Positions 30,581-41,309 are shown, counted from the stretch's first letter. The stretch: 64,000 bases of DNA from an uncultured Ilyobacter sp. (GCF_963668515.2 NZ_OY764863.2:496719-560718); one strand, 5' to 3'. Notes: a model not told the origin generated them from the sequence alone. Program-made: numbers and translations.

Positions 30581-32668
30581 TTAATTTTTCCAATCTTTAA
30601 TAAAAGTCTCATATTTACTGGCTGTCATTGGCTTTGCAAAGTAATATCCCTGCATCCAGTGGCATCCATATTCAGAGAGAATATCTACCTGATCTTTGCA
30701 CTCCACTCCTTCTGCGACCACGTTTAAGTTGAGTAGTTCCGACATTTTTATGATTGCTTGGGTAAGTATAGCATTTCCGCTGTCATTTGTAAGATCAGAT
30801 ATAAAGCTTTTGTCTATCTTAACCTTGTTTATGGGGAGCTTTTTAAGGTAACTAAGTGAGGAGTAGCCAGTTCCAAAGTCGTCAACTGAGATCTCTATTC
30901 CTATGGACCTCAGATTATTAAGAATAGAAATAGCCTCGTCTATATCTTCCATAAACATAGTTTCAGTAATCTCTATTTCTAAGGATCTAGGAGAAATTGG
31001 AATTTGATTCAAAGTTTCTTTTACGGTTTGCAGTATCCTACCTTTCTTAAAATGTGCTGCAGATATATTTACCGCAATTTTCTGTCCTCTGATTCCTGCT
31101 TTTTCCCATGTATCTATTTGCTTACATGCTGTCATCAGAACCCATTTATCTAATTCAAATATCAGTCCAGATTCTTCTGCTATAGGAATAAATTCATCTG
31201 GATAGATGCTGTTATGCCCATCACGTATCCAACGTGTCAGAGCCTCTAGTCCCACTATTTCATTTTTGGATACATCAATTTTCGGTTGATAGTATAGATC
31301 TAATTCATTATTTTTAAGAGCTATTCTAAGTTCAGATTTTATATCATTTTTTCGTTTTATAGCTTGATTAAGCTCTTCTGAGAAAAAGCAGTAGCCATCT
31401 TTTCCGTTGTTTTTTGCTTGGTACATTGCAGCATCTGAGTTGTTTAAAAGCTTTTCTACACTCGATCCATCATCTGGAAATATTGAAATTCCAATACTTG
31501 CTGAAATAAAGTTGTCTTTATTGTTGATTTTAAAGGGATGTTTCAAGGTTGATAAAATTTTATCGGATATAAGTGATAGTTCCTTAACATCTGAAATTCC
31601 TTCTAGGATAACAGTGAATTCGTCTCCACCCAAACGGGAGATATTACTACTTTCCCCAAGGGATTTCGTTAAACGCCTTACCACTCTTTTTAAGAACATA
31701 TCTCCCATGTGATGTCCGTAATTATCGTTGACGTTTTTAAAATTGTCTAGGTCTATATAGAGTAGGGAAAATTTTGAGTTATTCTTAGATACATTTGAAA
31801 TTGATTTACTAAGATTTTCGATGAACATTTTACGATTTGGCAAATTTGTTAGGGAGTCGTGGTACGCTAAACGTTCGATGGTTTTTTCGGCTTTTCTACG
31901 TTCTGTAATGTCGTGTATAATCGAGAGAAGTCTTGTTTTGCCTCCAAACATAACAGTCCCGGCGTGAATCTCTACATCTCTGACCTCTCCGTTAGACAGT
32001 CTATGCTTAAATAAAAAATAATTTTTTTCTCGTTTTTCAAATGCAGATTTAACTTTGGATGATATCTCTTTGCCAAGAGTGTTTATATCTGTCATTTTCA
32101 TATTGCAAAGCTCACTTTGACTCCAACCGTAAAATTTACTCGCAGCAGAATTTGCGTGCACAATGCCTGCTGTTTCTGAATCTATTATAAGCATTACAGC
32201 GTGGTGGTTTTGAAACAGATTTCTATAGTCTTCTTCACTCTTTTTTATAAGAGCTTCGGCCATTTTTTGTTTTGATATGTCATAGATCGACCCGGAAACA
32301 ATATTGCTTTGTGGCTCGAACTCGGCTACAGAGTGAATTGATGCAATATTTCCATTTCCTTTCTTTTTTATCTCAAATTCCACATCATAATGCAAGCCCT
32401 TTTCAATCATGTCTCTAAAAGCCTTATTCTTTCTCTCTCTATATTTTGGAAGAACCATATTTTCAATTTTCGCATACTGATAAGGACCATTTTCCAACCC
32501 ATATATTTTTTCTACACCCGCAGAACAATATATGATTTTTTTATTTAGGTCAAGTTCCCAAAGCCCAAATCCTGCTAAGAGTTCAGCTTGCTCGTGTTTC
32601 TTTAAAATTCTGGGGTCACAGTCGGAGCAACTAACTGTTTTTATAATAGCTTCTTTATTTTTACTCAT
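30581..32668 (-). CDS. PAS-PAS-GGDEF-EAL diguanylate cyclase/phosphodiesterase
   Basis: HDSLTNLPNR, DLDNFKNVND, RLGGDEF, EAL and DDFGTGYSSLSYL motifs. Confidence 0.95.
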   Translation of the reverse strand: MSKNKEAIIKTVSCSDCDPRILKKHEQAELLAGFGLWELDLNKKIIYCSAGVEKIYGLENGPYQYAKIENMVLPKYRERKNKAFRDMIEKGLHYDVEFEIKKKGNGNIASIHSVAEFEPQSNIVSGSIYDISKQKMAEALIKKSEEDYRNLFQNHHAVMLIIDSETAGIVHANSAASKFYGWSQSELCNMKMTDINTLGKEISSKVKSAFEKREKNYFLFKHRLSNGEVRDVEIHAGTVMFGGKTRLLSIIHDITERRKAEKTIERLAYHDSLTNLPNRKMFIENLSKSISNVSKNNSKFSLLYIDLDNFKNVNDNYGHHMGDMFLKRVVRRLTKSLGESSNISRLGGDEFTVILEGISDVKELSLISDKILSTLKHPFKINNKDNFISASIGISIFPDDGSSVEKLLNNSDAAMYQAKNNGKDGYCFFSEELNQAIKRKNDIKSELRIALKNNELDLYYQPKIDVSKNEIVGLEALTRWIRDGHNSIYPDEFIPIAEESGLIFELDKWVLMTACKQIDTWEKAGIRGQKIAVNISAAHFKKGRILQTVKETLNQIPISPRSLEIEITETMFMEDIDEAISILNNLRSIGIEISVDDFGTGYSSLSYLKKLPINKVKIDKSFISDLTNDSGNAILTQAIIKMSELLNLNVVAEGVECKDQVDILSEYGCHWMQGYYFAKPMTASKYETFIKDWKN

Positions 32669-33154
32669 GGTTTTATTTCCCCTTTTAAAGAATTTTATGT
32701 TCGACGAATAGGAAAAAACACTAGTTATCTTTAAAAACCAATAATAAGATATAAAAAAAATACATGACGATTAAGCCATGCATAAAAAATAATCAGTTAA
32801 ACTATTTTTAATCTAATGCAACTGGCTGACATTTATAGGCCCTATAGCTTTGCGTCCTAACGTTTCCATAAGTGATGGAATGGTATATACTGTTGGTGGA
32901 GAAAATAAAAATTTAATTTCAAGATACAGTGTGGATTTATAAAGGCGGTATTTATACAGAAGCCAATCTTGAGAAAATCCATATAATTGCAGACAAAATA
33001 AGAAGATGGGACACAAGTATTCCTGGTAAACAATAGAATTTTTAGGTGTAATTTGTCCACGTTATCCATAGGGCAATTGTAAAAAAATATTGAGATCTAA
33101 AGTTCAAGAAAATATATTGTAAATAATGAAAGGGTATAGAGACTCTGAAGAACT

Positions 33155-33508
33155 CTAGTCAACTTTTTTATCTTCAACAATTTTATAGATAGGATTTCCT
33201 ATTACTTCTCTTATTACTATATTTTTGATATCGTCATTTACATTAAAAGTTTCAAAAGCTTCATGAGAATTCTTTCCGAAAGTTATTCCCAGGATTTTGC
33301 TTTCTTTTTTTTCAGCGATAACATGATCATTAGAATAAATCATAAATTTTCTGTAGTAAGTTTCATCCTCAAGGATATAGTTATAGCAGAATTCGTCCTC
33401 AAAGGAACCTCCACTCATCTCACCATTATCAATCTGTTTAGCGATGTCTTTTAGTAAATTTGAAAATTCCTTTGTATCCCCTCCAAAAGCTTGAATAATC
33501 ATTTTCAT
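33155..33508 (-). CDS. Hypothetical protein (117 aa)
   Basis: GGAGGT RBS before the ATG. No recognised motif. Confidence 0.6.
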   Translation of the reverse strand: MKMIIQAFGGDTKEFSNLLKDIAKQIDNGEMSGGSFEDEFCYNYILEDETYYRKFMIYSNDHVIAEKKESKILGITFGKNSHEAFETFNVNDDIKNIVIREVIGNPIYKIVEDKKVD

Positions 33509-33880
33509 AAAGTACCTCCAAGTAAGTTTTCTTATGTATACACCTTGCAGGGTGGCATGTCAATGGAATTTTTTAGGTTTCTATATGCAAATGTATTTTA
33601 TTAAGCAAGCTGTATTGGCTTAAATATAAGACAAATAGTTCAAGAGTATGGAGGTTTTCAGTAGCTTTGGCTTTTGTAATTCTTTGATTAAAAAAATATA
33701 TGTAAAGTTTGACAATAAACTTATGTATGGATATACTCAAATAAAGTTTGAAGCTATCAAAAAGGAGCCGCGAATGAATAAAAATAATATTACTAAGATT
33801 GATCACGACTTTTTTTAAAAACGTCTTACTATAGAAATCAATAACACAAAATACAGATATTTTAACTTTCCTTTTTTAGG

Positions 33881-33981
33881 GTACATGAAGTTTAAATTTT
33901 CAGGGTCTTTAGAAAATTTTTATGATAACTTCATAAAGAATGAAGATCAATATAAATCGGAAATAAGTAAAAGACTCTATT
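33881..33981 (+). repeat. About 100-bp direct repeat, copy 2
   Basis: Matches 30291-30392 with a few substitutions and a 1-nt indel. Confidence 0.9.
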
Positions 33982-34039
33982 TAAAAAAAGAAATTTAATT
34001 TTTTACAAATAAAAAAAAAGGAAACATTTAAAAGTTGAA

Positions 34040-34269
34040 GTAGCTCTAAATCGGGCAACATTTTTAACAACTGTATCATAATTGACAATCACTTCTCCCC
34101 GGAGTGGTTGTCTCCCCATCCTAAAGTCTGAATGGTTAAGTAAACCAACTTGTGTTGGTGAAAAAGTGCAGGAGTAATGTAAAAATTAAAGTAGTCTTAA
34201 ATCAGACAACAACCAAATTTATGATAGATTGACAATCACTTTTCCTTGTAGTGGTTGTCTTTTCCTCCC
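34040..34269. repeat. Two degenerate ~80-bp direct repeats, each with a GACAATCACT...AGTGGTTGTC hairpin
   Basis: Units at 34040-34121 and 34191-34269. Confidence 0.7.
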
Positions 34270-35159
34270 ATTTTCTCATTCATGCCCTTCTATTTTCCTA
34301 TAAATTCAGATAGAAAAAAACTTCTATTTTTTGCAGATTTAACCTTAAAAATATGACCGCCTTATATGAGTTTTAAGACTCTTTAAACCCGTCAGTCTTG
34401 TGTTTACAAGGGTTAGATGGTTATATATGTAACCAAAAATAACGTGAAATAGGTGGAAAATTTTAGCTCTATGCAAAAAAAACAAAAAAGATTCCATTAC
34501 TGTCCTAACTCTAGAGGCCTAGCGTCGATATTTTTTTTCTCCGGAAGATATTTAAAAATTCCATTTCCCAAATAGTAAAGTATTTCCAGTATTGCTTATA
34601 GTTTTGGTAAAAATCATAAATAGTTAGAATCCTTGAGTAGTCTGTAGTATTAAATCCTTTTTAACCTTTCATTAAGGCTTTAAGCTGCTTGTTTTCTTCT
34701 ACGTCGTTGCCTATCAATTTTTTAATGAAGTCCTCATTCTCGGTAATAAACTTTTTAAATATTTTCTTTTTATTCCTTGAGTTATTCTTCACGTTTCGTT
34801 CTCCTTTAAGTTCACTGATATTCTAGCTCATATCAATGATACTGCTATTGTCATATACAAACCAAGTGGGAAATACAGAAAACTGAATCCATTCCACGGG
34901 CGGATACATGTTATTTTGTAGGGGTTATCAGTCATTAACATTGTTGTTATAGGAGCACTGCTCAAAAATGAGCAGTTAGATTTAAACAATACCCTTGCCT
35001 AAAGGTACCCGGGGGCTCGAAGTAGGCTTGGTTTCATTTCATTGGATTGCAAAGCCAGGTATCTCCATATAAAAAAAAATAAAAAATTAGTGGTATTATG
35101 TATACTTAGAGATGGTGTATAATCTTTACTGAGAGAAAAAAATAAACTGGAGGAATGAA

Positions 35160-36686
35160 ATGGCAGCTAAGGAGAAGGAGAACTTCAAAGAGATACTATG
35201 GAAGTCATGTGACAAACTGAGAAACAATATGGACCCGGCAGAGTATAAGTATGTAGTGCTAGGTCTGGTTTTCTTGAAATATATAAGTGATAAATTTGAA
35301 CTGAAATATCAGGAGCTAAAAAAAGAGGGAGACGGTTTCGAAGAGGACAGAGACGAATATACAGCAGAGAATATCTTCTGGGTGCCAAAAACCGCAAGAT
35401 GGGCTGAGATAGTAGCCAAGGCAAAGACTCCTGAGATAGGTCAGGTAATAGACGAGGCTATGTTTGAAATTGAGAAAGAGAACGAGCAACTTAAAAACGT
35501 ACTGTACAAGGTGTTTTCCAACCCTAACCTGGATAAGGGAAAGCTTGGAGAACTCATTGACATGATAGGAAGCATCAATCTTCACAGTAAGGACCATAAG
35601 AACGAAGATGTACTGGGACAGGTATATGAATTTTTCCTTGGAAAATTCGCCAACTCAGAGGGAAAGAACGGAGGACAGTTTTATACTCCTGAAAGCATAG
35701 TAAAAACAATAGTCGGATGCCTTGAGCCCACAAAGGGAAGGGTATACGACCCAGCCTGCGGATCTGGTGGAATGTTTGTACAGTCGGAAAAGTTTGTAGA
35801 GGCACACTCAGGGAAACTGGGAGACATATCTATATTCGGTCAGGAGAGCAACGGTACTACTTGGAAACTCTGTAAGATGAACCTTGCAATTAGGGGTATA
35901 GAGGTGGATCTCGGAAAAGAGCCTGCGGATACATTTACCAACAATCAGCACGCTACAAAGAAGATGGACTACATCATGGCAAACCCACCTTTCAACGTAA
36001 AAGACTACTGGCATCAAAGCCTCGAAAGTGATATGAGATGGAAGTACGGAACTCCACCAGAGGGAAATGCAAACTATGCCTGGATTCAGCATATGGTACA
36101 TCAGCTAAAGCCCACAGGAACAGCTGGAATAGTTCTTGCCAACGGGTCACTGTCATCTAACACTTCGAATGAGGGAGTAATCAGAAAGGCAATGCTGGAA
36201 GATGACATAGTGGACTGTATCATCGCTCTGCCGGATAAACTTTTTCTGACTACGGGAATACCTGCGTGTATATGGATATTGAACAGAAACAAGGCAAATC
36301 CAAAACACAGAGAGAGAACGGGAGAGACTCTTTTCATAGATGCAAGAAACCTCGGAACAATGAAAGACAGAAAGCTGAGAGAACTTGACGAGAGTACAGA
36401 TATAAAGAAAATATCAGAGACTTATCATGCTTGGAGAAACAAAGAAGGGCAATACGAGGATGAAAAGGGATTCTGCAAGTCTGCCACACTTGATGAGATA
36501 AAAGGACATGATTATATCCTTACTCCTGGAAGGTATGTAGGTATAGAGGATGCAGAGGACGACGGCATCCCATTCGAGGAAAAGATGGAAGGCCTCACAG
36601 AAAAGCTTTCCCAGCAGTTCAAAAGGTCAAGGGAGCTGGAAGAGGAGATCAGAAAGAACCTGGCTTCAATAGGGTTTGAGGTGTAG
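35160..36686 (+). CDS. hsdM: Type I R-M methyltransferase subunit M
   Basis: GQFYTP, VYDPACGSGGM and ANPPF (m6A MTase motif IV). Confidence 0.97.
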   Translation: MAAKEKENFKEILWKSCDKLRNNMDPAEYKYVVLGLVFLKYISDKFELKYQELKKEGDGFEEDRDEYTAENIFWVPKTARWAEIVAKAKTPEIGQVIDEAMFEIEKENEQLKNVLYKVFSNPNLDKGKLGELIDMIGSINLHSKDHKNEDVLGQVYEFFLGKFANSEGKNGGQFYTPESIVKTIVGCLEPTKGRVYDPACGSGGMFVQSEKFVEAHSGKLGDISIFGQESNGTTWKLCKMNLAIRGIEVDLGKEPADTFTNNQHATKKMDYIMANPPFNVKDYWHQSLESDMRWKYGTPPEGNANYAWIQHMVHQLKPTGTAGIVLANGSLSSNTSNEGVIRKAMLEDDIVDCIIALPDKLFLTTGIPACIWILNRNKANPKHRERTGETLFIDARNLGTMKDRKLRELDESTDIKKISETYHAWRNKEGQYEDEKGFCKSATLDEIKGHDYILTPGRYVGIEDAEDDGIPFEEKMEGLTEKLSQQFKRSRELEEEIRKNLASIGFEV

Positions 36687-36688
36687 TG

Positions 36689-37741
36689 ATGGGAAATATG
36701 GTTAATGATACCAATACAGAGGTAAAAAATAATTTTGAATATTATAGTGCTATAAAGGAGATAATAGAAAAGGGAAAAAGCCAAGCAGTGGTTCATGTTA
36801 ACTCCATTTTGACACACACTTATTGGGGAATAGGAAAACTGATACAGGAAAGCATTCTCAAAGGAGAAAAGGGTAAGTATGGAGATTCTACTGTTAAAGA
36901 TCTAGGTGAGAGATTAAGCATAGAATACGGAAGTGGATTTGGCTACAGGAACCTTCTCAGAATGATAAAATTTTACAGTTGTTTTCCAGAAAAAGAGAAT
37001 ATGACGACACTGTCGGCACTATTCAGCTGGTCGCATTTTGTGGAGTTTATAAAGATAGATGATCCTTTAAAGAGGGATTTTTACATAGGTATGTGCAAAA
37101 ACGACGGATGGTCGGTGAGGACTCTCAGAGAGAGAATAAACTCGATGATGTTTGAGAGGACGGCCATATCGAAAAATCCAGATGAAGTCATAAGACGGGA
37201 TATAGAGAGTTTACACAGAGACAGAAAGATGAGCACCTCTATGTTTCTAAGAGACCCATACCTGCTGGACTTTCTGGAACTTAACCACGATTTCAGCGAA
37301 AGAGATCTCGAAGAGGCTATTCTTGTAGAACTCGAAAGGTTTATTTTAGAATTCGGAAGCGACTTTGCATTTATGGGAAGGCAGAAGAGGATTCAGGTAG
37401 GGGGCAACGATTACTATATAGATCTGCTGTTTTATCACAGGAAACTGCGGAGACTTGTCCTTATAGAGCTGAAGCTGGGTGAGTTTAAGCCTGAGTATAA
37501 GGGGCAGGTGGAGCTTTACCTCAAGTGGCTTGCTAAAAATGAAAAGCAGGATTTCGAGGAAGATCCCATTGCAATCATACTCTGTGCCAGCAAGGACAAC
37601 GAGGTAGTGGAGCTGATGGACCTGGACAAGGAAAACATACATATATCAGAGTACTGGCTGAAGCTTCCGCCGATAGAGGTACTGAAAGAGAAGCTGCATA
37701 AGGCGATTGAGCTTGGAAAAGCAAGGGTAGAGGTGGAATAG
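36689..37741 (+). CDS. YhcG/DUF1016 family PD-(D/E)XK nuclease-domain protein
   Basis: YWGIG, FSWSHF, WSVRTL, RDPYLLDFL and YIDLLFYHRKLRRLVLIELK motifs. Confidence 0.9.
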   Translation: MGNMVNDTNTEVKNNFEYYSAIKEIIEKGKSQAVVHVNSILTHTYWGIGKLIQESILKGEKGKYGDSTVKDLGERLSIEYGSGFGYRNLLRMIKFYSCFPEKENMTTLSALFSWSHFVEFIKIDDPLKRDFYIGMCKNDGWSVRTLRERINSMMFERTAISKNPDEVIRRDIESLHRDRKMSTSMFLRDPYLLDFLELNHDFSERDLEEAILVELERFILEFGSDFAFMGRQKRIQVGGNDYYIDLLFYHRKLRRLVLIELKLGEFKPEYKGQVELYLKWLAKNEKQDFEEDPIAIILCASKDNEVVELMDLDKENIHISEYWLKLPPIEVLKEKLHKAIELGKARVEVE

Positions 37742-38784
37742 TGATAGACATAACTGATTATCATATTTTTATAAAAGAGATAAAAGAAAAGGTATATAGA
37801 TCTCAGATAAAAGCAAGCATCTCAGTAAATAGAGAATTGCTTAACCTTTACTGGGAGATAGCTAAAGGAATCGTAGAGAAACAACGAAATTCAAACTGGG
37901 GAGATAAAGTTGTAGAAAGATTAAGTGAAAAGCTTAAGATGGAGTTTCCTCATATGAAGGGATTTTCCAAGAGAAATATTGAATTAATGAGAAAATGGTA
38001 CATTTACTGGAATGAAGACTTTACGAAACAAGATGTTTCGCAATTATCTTTAGAGAATATTTTTCAAATTCCATGGGGACATAATATTAAAATTATTCAA
38101 AAATCCAGATCAAAAGAGGAAGCAATATTTTATGTAAATAACACCATTGAGAATAACTGGTCAAGAAATGTGCTTGTTCACCAGATTGAATCGGGTCTAT
38201 ACGGCAGGGAGGGAAAGGCTGTAAGCAACTTTAAGGATAAACTGCCGGATACCCACTCTGATCTTGCTATTCAGACATTGAAAGATCCGTATTTATTTGA
38301 CTTTCTCACACTTACAGAAAGATACAACGAAAGAGAGCTGGAAGATGCCCTGGTGGACAATATAACCAAGTTCCTTTTGGAGCTGGGATCCGGATTCTCC
38401 TATATAGGAAGACAGTACAAACTAGAGGTGGGCAGTGAGGAGTTTTATATCGATCTCTTGTTTTATCACGTGAGGCTGCACTCCTATGTGGTGATAGAGC
38501 TGAAAACAGGTGACTTTAAACCTGAGTATGCTGGAAAGCTCAATTTCTACGTGTCTGTGGTAGATGACAAGCTGGCCAATAAAGAAGTAGACAGACCTAC
38601 AATAGGGATACTTATCTGCAAATCTAAAAACGATATGGTGGTGGAGTATTCTCTCAAGGGAATAGAAAAACCCATAGGGGTAAGTGAGTATGAACTGACT
38701 CAGGTATTGCCAAAGGAACTGAAATCTGCTCTTCCAAGTGTAGAGGAACTAGAAGCAGAACTAGAAAACTTGGAGGTGGAATAG
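37741..38784 (+). CDS. YhcG/DUF1016 family PD-(D/E)XK nuclease-domain protein (second, divergent)
   Basis: LYWEI, IPWGHN, WSRNVL, KDPYLFDFL and FYIDLLFYH...VVIELK motifs. Confidence 0.9.
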   Translation: MIDITDYHIFIKEIKEKVYRSQIKASISVNRELLNLYWEIAKGIVEKQRNSNWGDKVVERLSEKLKMEFPHMKGFSKRNIELMRKWYIYWNEDFTKQDVSQLSLENIFQIPWGHNIKIIQKSRSKEEAIFYVNNTIENNWSRNVLVHQIESGLYGREGKAVSNFKDKLPDTHSDLAIQTLKDPYLFDFLTLTERYNERELEDALVDNITKFLLELGSGFSYIGRQYKLEVGSEEFYIDLLFYHVRLHSYVVIELKTGDFKPEYAGKLNFYVSVVDDKLANKEVDRPTIGILICKSKNDMVVEYSLKGIEKPIGVSEYELTQVLPKELKSALPSVEELEAELENLEVE

Positions 38785-40055
38785 TGGGGAAGATAGTTAA
38801 TAGTGAACAGTTAACAAAGAATAGAGAGTGGAAGGAAGTTAAACTACAAGATGTTGTTACTAAATTAGGTGATGGATTACATGGTACACCCAAATATTCT
38901 GACGATGGAGAATATTATTTTATAAATGGAAATAATTTATTTGAAGGTAAAATTATTTTTACAGATAAAACTAAAAGAGTAGATTTTGAAGAGTATTCAA
39001 AGTATAAAAAGGAATTGTCGAATCGTACAATTATGGTTTCTATCAATGGGACTTTAGGAAATATAGCTTTTTATAATGGAGAAAAAGTTATATTAGGAAA
39101 AAGTGCTTGTTACTTCAATGTTAAAGAGTGTGTTGATAAGAATTATATTCGTTATACCCTTTCTGGCAATAATTTTAAAAATTATATTGAAAATTACTCA
39201 TCAGGTACTACTATTAAAAACTTGTCTTTAAAAGCAATGAGAGAGTATCCTGTTAATTTACCACCTATACACGAGCAGCAAAAGATAGCCTCTATACTTA
39301 AGTCCCTAGACGACAAGATAGAGCTCAACAACCAGATGAATCAGACTTTAGAGGAGATGGCACAGTCCATTTTCAAAGAGTGGTTTGTGGAGTTTAACTT
39401 CCCCAATGAGGAGGGAGTGCCCTACAAGGACAACGGGGGCGAGATGGTGAAGAGTGAGCTAGGGGAGATACCGAAGGGCTGGCGAGTCGGGAGTATAGAC
39501 GAGATTATAGAGATAAATCCTAGAGTTACTTTGAAAAAAGGTGATACAGCTAAATATGTAGACATGAAAGCTTTATCCGAAAACCAAAGTATTATCTCTG
39601 GGGTAATTGAAAGAGAATTCAAGGGAAGTGGGACTAAATTTAGCAATGAGGATACCCTTATGGCAAGAATTACTCCATGTCTAGAAAACGGAAAAACTGG
39701 ATTTGTAAATTTTTTACAAGAAGATGAAGCGGCTTGGGGATCAACTGAATTTAATGTGTTAAGATCTAAAAATAGAATTGCAAAAGCCTTTACATATTTT
39801 CTAGCAAGGGACAAAAATTTCAGAGATTATGCTATAGCAAATATGAATGGAAGTTCTGGAAGACAGAGAATAAGTGGTAAAATACTTGAACTTTACGAAA
39901 TACCTATCCCTAGTGAAGATATTTTAGATAAGTTTGGAGATATAGCAACTTCGTTTATGAAACAAATACAAAAAAATGGTGAAGAAATAGAAACTTTGAT
40001 AAAAACAAGAGATGCTCTGCTACCTAAACTCATGAGCGGAGAGGTTAGAGTGTAG
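38784..40055 (+). CDS. hsdS: Type I R-M specificity subunit S
   Basis: Two TRDs separated by the conserved PPIHEQQKIASIL...LEEMAQSIFKEWF spacer. Ends RDALLPKLMSGE. Confidence 0.95.
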   Translation: MGKIVNSEQLTKNREWKEVKLQDVVTKLGDGLHGTPKYSDDGEYYFINGNNLFEGKIIFTDKTKRVDFEEYSKYKKELSNRTIMVSINGTLGNIAFYNGEKVILGKSACYFNVKECVDKNYIRYTLSGNNFKNYIENYSSGTTIKNLSLKAMREYPVNLPPIHEQQKIASILKSLDDKIELNNQMNQTLEEMAQSIFKEWFVEFNFPNEEGVPYKDNGGEMVKSELGEIPKGWRVGSIDEIIEINPRVTLKKGDTAKYVDMKALSENQSIISGVIEREFKGSGTKFSNEDTLMARITPCLENGKTGFVNFLQEDEAAWGSTEFNVLRSKNRIAKAFTYFLARDKNFRDYAIANMNGSSGRQRISGKILELYEIPIPSEDILDKFGDIATSFMKQIQKNGEEIETLIKTRDALLPKLMSGEVRV

Positions 40056-40056
40056 T

Positions 40057-40905
40057 ATGAATAAACTAAATGTTTTCATAGATGAATCAGGTGCTAAAGG
40101 ATATTCGGATAATAAAGAGCATTATGAAGGTGAATTTGGAATAGTAGCAGGAATTTTTATAGAAGAAATGCATTTAAAAAAAATTAAAGAAGAAACAGAA
40201 AAGATCTATCACAGATACTTAGGGAAATCTGATGAAAAACTTCATATAACAGATCTAGCTCCAGAATTGCAAAAAAGCCTAAGAAGTGATGTTTTTCATC
40301 TGATAAGAAATAATAACATTTACTGGAGCTATCAAGCTATATATGTTAATGGATTTTATAATGATAAGTATAAGGAACAAAAAATTAAAAGTTTGTTTAA
40401 ACATAATAATTCTTTACACGTAGAGTTATTATTCGGTATATATATACAGTCTCGTAAATTTTCTGATTCATTAGGGATAAAAAAATGTGATATTGTGAGT
40501 GATCAAATTGACACTCACTTAATTGATCTTCTAAATAAAAAAGTAAAAGGGTATTTATCTTTAGGTGATGAAAAGCCAATAACCTTCAAAAAGTATGATA
40601 GGGATGATAAAACTTTAAGAGAAGTAGGATTTAAAGTATCAGTAAACACTTCGGAAGATGAAAAAAATTTTTTGAATAGTTTTGAATATGATTTTAGAGT
40701 TCAAAACAATGAATGTACATTAATAGCAGATGTCTTATCAAACAGTCTATTTTATCATTTGAAGAATAAAATAAAAGATAAGATAGGAATCGATTTAATG
40801 AAAATAGAACACTTTAAAGATCATGAATTATTTGATAGTTTATTTTTAGATTCAGAAAAAAATTTCACAGACAAATGCTATCCGTATAAAAATAACTTGA
40901 TTTGA
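40057..40905 (+). CDS. DUF3800-like (RNase H-fold) protein
   Basis: N-terminal VFIDESG and C-terminal IADVLSN acidic motifs. AT-rich. Confidence 0.65.
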   Translation: MNKLNVFIDESGAKGYSDNKEHYEGEFGIVAGIFIEEMHLKKIKEETEKIYHRYLGKSDEKLHITDLAPELQKSLRSDVFHLIRNNNIYWSYQAIYVNGFYNDKYKEQKIKSLFKHNNSLHVELLFGIYIQSRKFSDSLGIKKCDIVSDQIDTHLIDLLNKKVKGYLSLGDEKPITFKKYDRDDKTLREVGFKVSVNTSEDEKNFLNSFEYDFRVQNNECTLIADVLSNSLFYHLKNKIKDKIGIDLMKIEHFKDHELFDSLFLDSEKNFTDKCYPYKNNLI

Positions 40906-41010
40906 TACTGAGGTATCAGTATGAACTTTACAGATGAACAACTGGAATTAGCATATATAGAACTCTTGGAAAAAATATATCGAACAGGTTCCGTTTTAGG
41001 GGGTGGAAGA

Positions 41011-41262
41011 ATGAAAGATGACCTTTTGTCAGAAGAAAATATAGCATCAGAAAAGATAAGGGTTGAGTCCAAACCTGAAAAATGCCCTGTATGCGGCTTT
41101 TCACCTGTGGCGACTATCTTATATGGTGACATTGGATATAGTCCGCAGTTGTCAGAGCAGATGGAAAAAAGAGAGGTAGTTCTGGGAGGGTGCTCTATCT
41201 ACCCTGACAAACCCAGGTGGCAGTGTAGCAAGTGCGGAACAAAGTTTTATAGAGTTAGATAA
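41011..41262 (+). CDS. Small Zn-ribbon protein (CPVCG...GGC...CSKCG)
   Basis: Own RBS (GGGGTGG) before the ATG at 41011. Also in frame with an upstream copy of the hsdR 5' end starting at 40921. Confidence 0.7.
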   Translation: MKDDLLSEENIASEKIRVESKPEKCPVCGFSPVATILYGDIGYSPQLSEQMEKREVVLGGCSIYPDKPRWQCSKCGTKFYRVR

Positions 41263-41309
41263 AGAGGGAAAAGAGCTTTCAAAATGTTGGGAATAAGGAG
41301 GAGAATCTT

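Noticed and set aside
34040-34269. Integron attC sites (AAC...GTT ends about 57-61 bp apart)
   Set aside because: The ends do not fit RYYYAAC/GTTRRRY, there is no cassette ORF between the units and no integron integrase.
34540-35060. Degenerate coding-like fragments upstream of hsdM
   Set aside because: Multiple stops in all frames and no family could be assigned.
38784-40055. Phase-variable (invertible) hsdS
   Set aside because: Only one hsdS, with no inverted hsdS fragments and no recombinase nearby.
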